A stretch of 64,000 nucleotides of DNA from Adineta vaga (Eukaryota > Animalia > Rotifera). The notes under the pieces are model-generated. The model was not told the origin of the DNA and ran no database searches. It saw only the letters and a list, made by a program, of their open reading frames with translations. The stretch spans positions 12,462,001 to 12,526,000 of the forward strand of contig CP075495.1 of NCBI GenBank assembly GCA_021613535.1, written 5' to 3'. This document shows positions 26,140-37,836 of this stretch, piece by piece. A program made the translations under genes and the position numbers. Position 1 is the first letter of the stretch. Each line of letters starts with the position of its first letter.

Positions 26140-26501
26140 GCTGTTACCATCATTCTGTAGAATTACAAACAAAATCCAAAAGGTCAACTGTACTCTTTCA
26201 CGTTGATTCAATATTATTTTCAATGAATTCACCCACAATAAGCTTAACTCATCTGTATTTTTCTAAGATAGATGAATACACAACGTGTTTCGATCGAATA
26301 GACTATTGTTGATTGTTTAATTGTTAAAAAGAATGTTAATACATCTGTGAGAATGTGTTACCAGTGTTATTTAAAACAACTAGGAAACAGTTTAACAAAC
26401 ATAGGAAAGATAAACAATTGACAATAAAATATCATGATATTGAAAACAACAAGTTGTAGGATAGATGAATATTGATGATTAGGATATTATTCTAAAATCA
26501 T

Positions 26502-28112
26502 TTATTTAATCATTTCATTTTGGTTTCGATCTTTTCTTCGTCTTCTTCTTCTTCTGCTTGTGTGCTTTGCTCTTCGATTCTGAATGAAGATACATACGTT
26601 TTATTAAGTAAAAGATTTAGAAATTATCACGTCTCACTTGGTCTTTTACTACTAAGTTTCCTTCTTGACGAAGATCTTGATGAACCTTTCTACAATGAAT
26701 CTTGTAAAGTGATGGACAGTACTTTTTTTAAATAGTATTTACTTTTTTCGATGAATGTGAACTCGGTTTTCTACTTGATTTACCATGTCTTTTTGAGTTA
26801 CTGCTTGATCTGCTACGGCTTTTTGTTTTACTACTTGGTTTTCTTGATTTTTTTGACCTGCGTCTTGATGTTCGCCCTCGTTTTGAAGAAGAACTTTTCG
26901 TTTTATTCGATTTATCTGGAAGAAAATTTTATACATGAATCTTTAAAGTCGATATGAGATTTTACTTGATTTTGATGTTTTATCTTCACCAATCATTCTT
27001 AAACAAACGATTTTCAACTAATCATTTATCCATCAAATATTAACTTACACTTGTGAATTCTTTTTTGGTGATTTAATACCATCGTTTAGTTTATAAGTAC
27101 TGTTAACAGGTGATACTAATGTTGATGCTTGTCTATTTTCATCGGATGATGAGTCATGATTGAGCGTTGATGATACACTACTTAAATCCGATGAATGTTG
27201 ATCAGCTCTATGTAAAACATGATTGATGGTGTATAAGATTTTCATTGACAATAATCGATTTACTTTTGATTTATCTTTGGTAATGCACTTTGAATCTGTT
27301 TTTGTGTATTCTGTTTGGAATATCCAGAACAAAGACAATCCAATGCTTTTGCTTCAAGAATTTTCACAATCAATGAATTATATGCAGGATCATTTATATC
27401 TTTTGATTGGATTAAATTTGAAACATTTGGATTGTTTTGATTAATTAAATCTTGAACACTATGTTTTAAATCATTGTCTTCATAACTTCTATTCGAATCT
27501 ATATGATAAGATGATACTGAAGGTGATGGTGATGTAGAAACAAATGAATCACTAAAAATAAGATCATCATTACTGATTTGAATATACCTATCATGATATA
27601 TGAGCATTAAACCTGTAAATTGAACTTTGACGTTGAGAAGTATCATCATTTCGATCATTGTAAATATGATTGGTATTGTTATCTTGTCGATTTTTTCTCC
27701 AACGTCGACAACAAGACGGAAAAAATTGATCTAACCAACTAGTATTCTTCTTATCTACAATGATTGAATATATTATTTGAAAAAACATCTCTTCACAATT
27801 CCTTATGGACAAACTCTTCGATCCATTTGTGTTATTTATCATTGTTCGAAATGGTTTTGTAAATTTTCTTTGCGATTGAGATTTCAAATCGTTAGATTCA
27901 TGATTATTCAACAGATTTTCAATTCCAAAACGCAATCTATAAAGTTCTTCTTCACATGCATCTCGTTCATATTCTAATTGCGTTTCTATAGAATTGTAAT
28001 TAATATGTTTAACAAATTGATTATAACCATCATATTTCGATGGTTTTTCTATTCTATTGAACTGTTTCAATTTATGATTTGTTGTGAGTTCATTTGGAGA
28101 AATAGTCTTCAT
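26502..28112 (-). CDS. Hypothetical Ser/Arg/Lys-rich protein, multi-exon
   Basis: Chain of ORFs (27591-28121, 27260-27658, 27045-27338, 26739-26936) separable by short GT-AG introns. No recognisable domain. Ends approximate. Confidence 0.55.
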
Positions 28113-29381
28113 GACTGACAAGAAAAGTAAATTTAAACGACAACATGAATCAGGAGGAATAGTCGCTGAAATTGCGCGTCTTCATCTCCTCCTTTCACCC
28201 AAAGATCCGAGAAAACGCATGAAAAAAAAAGAGAGAATAGTTTCTTATACATGGCGCTTTTGTTTTGAATTTCTTTTTGTTATTTTCTTCATTTTTATTA
28301 CATTAACGACTTCTGTCTTCTTTTTCCATCTATTTCTGAACAATCATCTGTTAAATTATTAGGAAGAGATTTAGTCATAATAATAACTATATTTCTAACG
28401 ACGATCGGTGACATTTTACTGAAGAAAATCTTCGGCAAAAATGTCACTGAAACCATTAGAAAGATTGAGAATGTCAACAATCAACGTATTTAATTCGAAA
28501 ATGACTCAATCGATTACTAATATTAAAACGTCTCTTCTACAACATGTTCATAACAGATAGTTAGTAGAACAATTTTTTTCTACCTACATTCTTTTTATTG
28601 ATTTAATGTTCAATTGTTTGAGGTGCTGGAACTAATTTGAGTTCTTTTTCATGCGCTGAAGAAATCACGATCGTTTAGGTATACAATTATAGGTAGACAA
28701 AAGTATACTGTCTAGTGTCCTGAAAGTATCTCAATCATATTTTCGAGACAAGAATCCTGATTTTATTGAACTTGTCAATGTCTTTTGCAGTGACATGATT
28801 TAATTGTTAAGATTTCTCTACTCACAATTGTATTCTAGAATTCATTATCAAAATATTTCTATATCTCTTATGTTAAATGAATAGTTTCAGAACATTGTTT
28901 TACAATTTTACTGATTTTTATTGCATGTCATACTTTTATTTTATCATATTTATCAAAATACAAATATGATTGAGAAAAAGGATTACCTCTTTCAACTATT
29001 TTTGATAGTTTATGTATATGTTATCGTGAATATTTCTACAACTCGAAGAATAACTTCAGAATAATATTTTTCACGTACGTGTTAAATATTTAGAAAAGTC
29101 ATCGACATATACTATGTCTTTAATGAAACAAAAGACACAAAGACAAACAAAGATGTTGTTGTCATTGTTACAGTTGTCTTCATTCTACTTTTTTTTCCTT
29201 CCTGTTTTCTTGATTCTTTCTATTTAATTGTCTTCGCATTCTTTTCTTCGATTTTTCTAGAAAGATAAATTTTCATTTTAAAAAAGAAGGAAATAAAAAG
29301 TTATTGTCGTGTGTTCATCAAAGCTGAATTTATTGTCAAATAAAGAACAGAAGAGAAACGTTGGCGTGAAATTAAAAGAAA

Positions 29382-30970
29382 ATGGCAGCAAAGACGGATC
29401 CTTCTTCGACAACTAATTTAGCGTCAGTTTTATTAATTAAAAGAAAAATGGCTGCAAAAGATAATGGAAACACTGGTGCAACACAAAATTCCGTACAACC
29501 TACTTCGAATTTCATAGGTGCACATTCAAATGAAAAAATAAACTATCGTCAAGACGCAATCGTGGCAAATACAACTACAGCAGCACATGTCCCTCCAACT
29601 GAACAACCAAAGCAAACTCGAAAAACAAAACAATTGGAAGTTTCACAGTTGGATAAAAAACTCGAAGAAATTAATCGCAAACAAGAAGCAAAAACAAATG
29701 AAACACTAGATACATGGAAAAATTTCGATAATGTTAATTATGGTTTGGGATCTCAAGGAGAAAAACGAAATGACACTCCTATTCAATCTAAACCAGTAAA
29801 ACAGGTAAGATAATCTTGATTATTTAATTGAAATAATTTTTGAACTTACAATAGCGTTCAACTACGCCTGAACCTGAAAAGCAAACTTCTTCATCTAACA
29901 AAAATCCGGAGGAGCCTACCACTAAACCCGTAAAACAACAACCTACTGAGAAAAGTCGACCATCAACACCGAAAAAAACTGTAACTAAACGTGCTGATAC
30001 TCCAGAAAAAGATCAACCAAGAGCTAAATCACCACTGAAGGATGAAAAACCTCGCAAGGAAAGTCCTGTTGAACAGAAAAAAACCGAAAAGCAATCATCT
30101 CCTCCGCCGCAAAAGAAACCTGTAGACAAGAAACCAACATCACCATCCCCTCAGAAAAAATCGACTTCACCACTTCCACGAGAGAAAACTGTGGAAAAAC
30201 AGTCAAGTCCTCCTACTCCTACTCCACGCCGTAAAAGTACTACAAAACGGCCAACAACACCACTATCGCAACAAAAATCTATTGAAACAAAAGCATCTTC
30301 TCCTCCACCTCGAAAACGAACTGCCGAAAAGCAACCCAGTCCTCCTCCTTCTCAACGAAAAGTTCTTGAAAAACAACCGTCTACTCATCTACCTCCTTCT
30401 GCAGAGAAAATCACAGATAGAAAATTATCACAGTCTCCTCAACAACAATCAATCGAAAGACAACCACCTTCACCACCACCACGACGTTCAAAACTTACTT
30501 CTGCCTCTTCATTGAAGAGAACTCGAAGTATTGATCAAGTACAACGAAAATCTGAACCAGCCACCACACGACCAACTCCAACAACTGAAGATGTAATTTT
30601 GTTTCCTACAATAATGTCGAATCCTCAAATACTTCCGACAAATGTTCAACCCGTAAGTATCCAATCATTAAATTATCCTTTCAACATGTCTATCAACTCT
30701 ATCTCATATTACTTCACATTGAATAGATATTGTATTCGTGTTGTTTGAATGATATCTGATATTTTTATGCTTTTATTATGTTATATTCTATTTGCTAAGT
30801 CCATGTTTTTGTATGAACATCTTTTTTTCTTCTTTTAGTTCGAACCAACATACACTACTCCAAACTTCAGACTTTTTCCAAATATAAAATCAAAAGAAAT
30901 AACAGTTACTCGAAATGCTTGCAAAAGTATTCAACGTAGTATGGATCGATATCGTTTTCATGTCTGGTAA
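29382..30970 (+). CDS. Hypothetical Pro/Ser/Lys-rich protein with EKQxSPPP repeats, 3 exons
   Basis: Exons 29382-29804, ~29854-30652 and 30839-30970. Repeated EKQ(S/P)SPPP units. Last exon FEPTYTTPNF...MDRYRFHVW*. Confidence 0.7.
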
Positions 30971-31332
30971 CTTCAATTGAACAAGAATAATGCTGTTTAT
31001 TTTTTAACAATCAAAGAAAACTCATACTCATATAACAGTGCTTTTTTTTAAAAATGTAACTTCATAAAGGTCTAAAGATGGGTTTTTTTTCTTCTATACA
31101 TACACAAATGGAAGTTTCACAAGACAGTTGTTACAAAAATGTAGTCGATTTGTACAGAGGGGAAAAGAAGAACTGTGATTGAATGATTAAGCTTGTGTTT
31201 GTTATTCCGCGTGTTATTTTAGAATTCTAAATGCTGTAGGAAAACAAAGAAAAGAAGAAGGATGTTCTAATAGAAAAATAATAGAGAAGAGAAGAAAAAA
31301 AATGTCACAATTTGCAATGTTGTTGAAATTTT

Positions 31333-32387
31333 TTAAACACTTTGATATCCATTACGATTGCGTCGGCGACCAATGAGATAGGCAACAAGAACAACGACAA
31401 CTAACACTGCAAGACAAGCACCGACAATAATTGGAATTAGATTTGAATTTTTATCAGCATCAGCCGAACAGACTTTTTCTAACATGAAGAAAAACAACAT
31501 TAAATTAATTTTCAAAAAATAAAACAAACAAAAGCATCTGCTTTTCTTTTCACACATACCAACACCATAATCACTGAATTCTTTTGAATCATCAGCAAAT
31601 GCTTGAACACGTAAATTTTCTAATTCAATTGATGTTACTGTTACATTGTTAGTTGTATTAAAACCTGTGACAGTTGTTTTCGTATCGCATCGATAGGAAT
31701 TTCCACGGTCAGCTTCGAATAATGATACATTCGATGAAAAATGATGAACACCTGTAACGAAAAACCATGGATGGCTAGTAAAAATCTATAAGATTCCATT
31801 TTCAATCTACCTTCAAGGGACGGTGCATATTCGGTAATATATGTTTGTTTATCATTGAATGTAATGTAACCATAGATTTTCTTTAATGATGTCATATTTT
31901 TCGCATCAACTGAAAAACTTAATAAAATTTCTGTAAAACTGTTCAACATAGAAATTGTTAATTCATGAACATTGGTTGGTACTGAACATGAAACACGATA
32001 TGATTCATATGTATTATTATTCAATGGAATTTTAGCCGAAGCTTTAGCCTAAAAAGAAGAAACAAACGATATTCTCTACTATAAAAACTAATGAATACTC
32101 TCACGCCATTAGCTTTTGTATAGTCAACATTGAGTACAAGATCAAATTGACCAGCAAAGCATAGGTTTTTACTATCTTGAGGCCATGTGTAATTTTTTGG
32201 TGGGGTCAGTGACTAGAATCAAGTACAATTGAATTTAAAAAGAAATCGGTTCATTTTTCAACTCTTACATAAGTTGAGGAGATAAGACACCCAAAGGCTA
32301 GAAAAGAAAACACAGACCAATAAAATTGTTTATTTTATTAATGATCTTACCGGATAAAAAGAAGATCAAAAGTATTTTAGAACTCAT
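31333..32387 (-). CDS. Lysosome-associated membrane glycoprotein (LAMP family), multi-exon
   Basis: Signal peptide, LAMP-type Cys positions (CFAGQF..SYRC..LRVQAF), [33 protein letters not shown] and the GYQSV lysosomal sorting signal. Confidence 0.93.
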
Positions 32388-33360
32388 ATTGAAGAGTTTG
32401 TTATTATCGTAAATGAATATGTATTTATCTAAAAGATTTAACAGACAACTACTTTTTTTTGTATTCGAGTGAAGTAAGAGCGAAAAGTTTATCTATGTTT
32501 CAATGTTTATTTAGATCTGATGATAACGAGAAAAAAACGAGAGAACGAAATGATGAAAAAGAGAAAGTGGTACTTCATCACTATCGTGTATTCTTATTAC
32601 TTTGTCCAGCATAGATTGAATAAGACTATACGCATTCGTTTTCTTTTTACTATACTAATTTCGATGGTGTTCTTTCTTTTTCTCTTCTTTTCTTCTTCTT
32701 CTTTTTCTTCTTCTATGATATTTCGAACGAGAATGAAGAGAACGTGTCCCATATGATAAGTTTGATTTTTTAGAAGAAATGATGAATAAAAGTTAATCGT
32801 TGTTTCTAATAAAAACGAAAGAAAGAGCAATATAAAAGATAAATATACAGATGGATGACAAAGCGAATCTGAAGATGATATAAAGAAGAGAAAGAGAGAA
32901 AATCTTGTAGAAGAAATAGGTTGAAGGTAAATGATGAAATGAGGTATTGTGTCAAAAAGAAAACATCACTTCATATATGAGAATAATGAGTCTAATGAAA
33001 ATATATTTTTCACCTTCAGTCAATGGCAAAACTAGAACACAATCAATTCGTCATCAAAACGGACGTAGCAAGGACATGATGAATCACTGAAAAACTAGAT
33101 TAAAATAAAATAGGAATTTTCGTCGTTCTATTTGACAAATCTCGAAATAAATTCACGTTATTATCATCAACTATTCGAATTTTGTTCTCCGGTTTTATTA
33201 TTACATTCAAAAAATTTTGTTAAATATTTGCAGACTGAAATGATGACTTGTAAGATGAAAGATTATCTAATAATTAGTTTTGCGCCATTTTTCTTAATGA
33301 AAACTTACTGTGATGTCAAAAAAAGAATGAATGAATACATTTAAGTTTAATAGCACTATG

Positions 33361-33599
33361 GCGCAGTGCACTGCGCATTTGACGATCGCGATGAGTCATT
33401 CAATATTCGCCAATCGTAATATTTCCTTATTTTTTATCTTTTATAATCGACAGTTAGTGACGATTCATCTTTTTTTAAATCATAATTTTTAATCAATATT
33501 ATCATTTTAACAGCTGAATTTTACAACATTATTTATAAATCTAACTATCAGCGAGATTGATTTTGATTTTCTTTTCTTGCATCTATCGAAATATGATGA
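33361..33599 (-). repeat. ~229 bp direct repeat, copy 1, with terminal palindrome (Helitron-like 3' end)
   Basis: 33372-33599 closely matches 37320-37548. Perfect palindrome GCGCAGTGCACTGCGC at 33361-33376. Confidence 0.85.
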
Positions 33600-33615
33600 T
33601 GATTATTACGTCTTA

Positions 33616-34876
33616 CATCGCGTAAATCATTCAGATTTGTTCTAATTATCATCGATCGTAAGGCAATAAAATCACTATGAACTTCATCTTCAACTAAATA
33701 TCGAAAAAAAAAGAAGTGAAAAAGAGAAAGAAGGAAAATCTTTACCATTAACAGTTCCCCAAGCATATTGTCGAACTCTTGAACGTTTAGTTTCACGTTC
33801 TAAAACAAAATTACTTCCAACAACAGTAAACGGAACTTTATCTTTATAAATTTTGTTGATTATATTTTCATTATTATGATCGGGAAATTCATAAAGTTTT
33901 AATTTTTTCATTTGTTATATCTTGCATAATGGATCTTTTAATGCAACGTAATTCATCTGATGTTAATGTATCAGCTTTTGCATTAACAGAAATAATATTA
34001 ACACGATCATCAAAACGTTTCATAAATTCAATATCGAATGATTGAAGACTAGAAGAAAATGAATTTTATTTTTATTGTTTCATTTGAAAAATAAAACGAT
34101 CAATTCATCTATGAACAGATGGTGTTATAAAATAAAGACAAGCATGAATTCGATTATCAATTCGATGTGCTTTTCGTACAACAGGTGATTCAGCATTGAG
34201 ATATTCTTCATACTTTGAATAAATATAATCAATAATTGGTTACCAACTAAAAATAAAATAAAAGAGTTTGAAATTCGAACCATTTTGAATTATCAACTGA
34301 ATCTCCAAAACCAGGTGATGGAACATCTTGTCCATAAACTTCGGTTTGAAATAAAGTATTGATAAATGTTGATTTTCCTAAACCAGATTGATCAACAACC
34401 ATTAGATTAAATTCAAAGCCTTTTTTTACTGCTCGTCGATGAACTTGATCAGGTACTGAAATAAAACCAACATTCGAACTGATTTCTCTTATACGTGGCG
34501 CTATTTGTTGTTAATCTTTATTTAAAGAATTTAGTTCAGATTCTCGAGGTGTTGAAAATAATTTGGATATTGTTGATGATGATGATGATGATAAGCTTTG
34601 AAGTAGAGGAAATTGATGGAGATCATCAACCGTTATTCGATGTGGAGAACTTTTTCGAGTTGTGAATGATGTTAAGCCCGGCGGATGAAGAAGTGCAGGA
34701 GGAGGACTATCCACGGCCGAATTTTCACTTTTTGATCCAATAGAATTTAATGTTGAACGAAGATACGGATCATTGCGACACTAAAATCAAATAAAGAAAT
34801 TCTACACTTTTGATCGCGAATTGAATCTGAAATGAATGGAAATTGTTTCGTTTTTATTGAAGCAAATATCAGACAT
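33616..34876 (-). pseudogene. Septin pseudogene, 3'-truncated
   Basis: [85 protein letters not shown]. In-frame TAA at 34511, G1 Gly->Asp, deletion before PGFGD, frameshift near 33910, and truncation at the repeat. Confidence 0.85.
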
Positions 34877-35172
34877 GTTAAATATTTATTTAATTCATTA
34901 AAATGACTGAAACTTTCCATCTAAAGATCAAATAAAGTCAACTTACTTTTAATAGTAGAATGTATAACTGTTTGGTATGAAATCCTATTCGTTCTTTAGT
35001 TTAATCAAGTAGACTTTGTTTTCGTTAATGAAAAGATATAGATTTTTTGAAACGTTAAACATTCATTTGAGTTTTTATAAAATTTGGACGTATAAGAAAA
35101 GTTTTTATTCGTTAAACTTCGAATTTTTTTCCTGAGAATAAAAATAAAACATAGTGTGAAAAAGGCATAAAT

Positions 35173-37226
35173 TTATTGGCTGATTTGTAGAACTTTTCCA
35201 ACAACGACAATTTGTTCTCCATCGAATAGTGCAAATCGACCAAGTCGAGGAAACTCTTCAAATAATTCCATACAAATAATTCGTTTATCTTGTGATATTT
35301 TGAATCTTGCTATTGCAATTTGATTCTTTCGTAAAAATTTAGGAGATCCTGGAATTGTTTCACCTGTTGTTCGATCAATTAATGCTATTACTTTTTCTAA
35401 TCGAACTACAGCAACAGCTGTATGAATATGAAGTTCACTTGAATAACCTGGACGAATAGAGGATTCGTGTTCGATGAGTTCGACCTGAAAATATATTTCC
35501 ATGGATTTTTTTGTTTCTTTTACTTGTGCATCAAAAACTTTGCCAACACGACAATATTGTGAAGCATCACATAAAATAAAACCAACTGATATATCCTAAA
35601 AGATTTGTTTAAAAAAAACGATAAATAAGAAAAGAAAATAGACTTTTTCTTGAACATTTTTTAATGTAATTCGAACATTTCTTCCATAACCACACCAATT
35701 AACTTCATTCGGTAAAATCACACATCGATCACCCACACAAACACGTCCAGATTCAATTTTTCCTGTAATGATTGTACCATTTTCCTACAAAAAACAATGA
35801 TCTTTGATTTTAAAAATTAATTGAACAAACTTCATATTTTTCAACGATTGGCATTCGAAATGAACCATCAGTCATGTGATCCGGATCTTGTTTAATATCA
35901 AAATATCGATCAGGAAATGCATCACTGCAAAGAAAAAAATCTCGAAAATTGTAAACATAAAAATATTTTTGTTATACAGAGATTTTTCTTCTGCTTTAAT
36001 TTTAATATTTAATTTAATCAGTTTCTGTAAATTTATTTGATCATTTGTTTGAATAACCAAATTCATTGAATATTGATCTTCTAGATATTCAATAATATTA
36101 TTTGTTGCTGTTTGATTACTCATTAAATCTTCTATATAATCATCAATAATGTGATAAGCATGATAATTAGGTTCGATTTTGTTTAATAATAGATTAATGA
36201 AATCTTTTTTGGAAATATTTGTTTCATCAACAAATTCATTTATAATTTTGTTCAGTATTTCTAAGGAATTATCTGAAACTGAACAATCGGATAGAATTTT
36301 TCGTAAATTTCTTTTATATGAATGAAATGCCGTTTGATTTGTATTTGATCGATTTTTTTCAAATTCGTCCTCATATTTTCTTGTAAACGGAATTAATAAA
36401 TGTGCATACGCTTCATCAAGTACTTTCTTACTTGCTTGTTGTCTAAAACGAAATGTTTTACAAATTTAAAAAGAAACTTAAAACATTACTTTAAAATTAG
36501 AATATCTTGTTGTAATTCAGCGTATTTATTATTTAATATATAAATCTGATGTTTCGTATGTTTCATTTCATTCTAAATATAATGATCAATTAAAAAAAGA
36601 TCAATAATAGTAAGAAAATAACATACCGAGAGCATTTCCAAACAAGATTGAATATCATCAAGAACATGATTTATTTCCTTTTTAAGATTATCATTGATAC
36701 TAAGAGATTCAATTAAATTATTGATTTTATTCAATGCTTTTGCACATTCGTTGAATCCATCATCAAGAATAATTTATTCGTTTATCTGTTCACAATACTG
36801 CTCAATACGTAATAGATTTGTTTGAGAAATATCATATGATTTAGTACAAATATGAACTAAATAATGAATTAAATTTATTGATTTCTTCCCATAGTTAACT
36901 TCATTATCATCTATTACTGTTCCAATTATTTCTTTAGCTTTTTCATGTTCGCCAATAAAATCCAAATACATCGATTTCAATGTTATACAGCGGGGGCTTG
37001 TGTTTTGAAAATGTCCATTCAATATGTCGAGACATTGTTGAGCAATATCTGACTTTGAACAAAGTAAAGACGATTTAAACACTTGTTCAATTATTAATCA
37101 TTCTTCATCACCTAATGTTGATAAATCAGATTTAGACAAAACGTTTTCCCATTATTTGATAATTTCATCGGATGATTGATAACATGCGCCACGATATTCA
37201 CGAAGTTTTTCAACAGCTGATTGCAT
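35173..37226 (-). pseudogene. Chimeric pseudogene: EMC2-like N-terminus + helical linker + eRF3/GSPT domains II-III
   Basis: 5' part AVEKLREYR..SSDEII*..LGDEE*LIIEQVFKSSL..DIAQQCLDIL..F..SPR (EMC2 N-terminus). 3' part DGSFRMPIVEKY|ENGTIITGKIESG..GFILCD..GKVFDAQ|VELIEHESSIRPGYSSELHIH..FPRLGRFALFD..VVVGKVL (eRF3). At least 3 in-frame stops. No GTPase domain. Confidence 0.75.
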
Positions 37227-37319
37227 TTCATATGCTAATGATAATAGGAATGATTAAAATAGGTGAACGATAAATAAATCAAGATCGAATGAAATCTATA
37301 CTATACTGTACCAATTGTA

Positions 37320-37548
37320 TGCGCATTTGATGATCGCGATGAGTCATTCAATATTCGCCAATCGTAATATTTCCTTATTTTTTATCTTCCATAATCGGCA
37401 ATTAGTGACGATTCATCTTTTTTTTAAATTATAATTCTCAATTAATATTATCATTTTAACAGCTGAATTTTACAACATTATTTATAAATCTAACTATCAG
37501 CGAGATTGATTTTGATTTTTTTTGCGTGCCTCTATCGAAATATGATGA
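37320..37548 (-). repeat. ~229 bp direct repeat, copy 2 (hairpin truncated)
   Basis: Closely matches 33372-33599 but keeps only TGCGC of the palindrome. Confidence 0.85.
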
Positions 37549-37836
37549 CGAATATATTTTTTTTTCGTCAGGCTATTTGATTCGATACTGTATCTGATGA
37601 TTATTATCCCTGGCAGAGTACACGTCGACGATGGGTATTTTACAGAAATAAGTATATAGTCGTGGGTCGTTTTGGCTGGTTAGATCAGTCAATAACTTGT
37701 TTTTCTATTATGATGTAGGGTATATAAATTCAGTCTCTATCGATAATCGAAGGTTAAATATACGAAATATATTATATCTTATTCATATGTTTTAGATCAT
37801 TGCGCTGTTTGTTAATATCATATATTCGTAAGAAGA

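Noticed and set aside
37098-37155. In-frame TGA/TAA in the EMC2-like region as selenocysteine or an alternative genetic code
   Set aside because: TGA falls at a Trp position, consistent with a TGG->TGA mutation. Intact neighbouring genes use all three stops normally.
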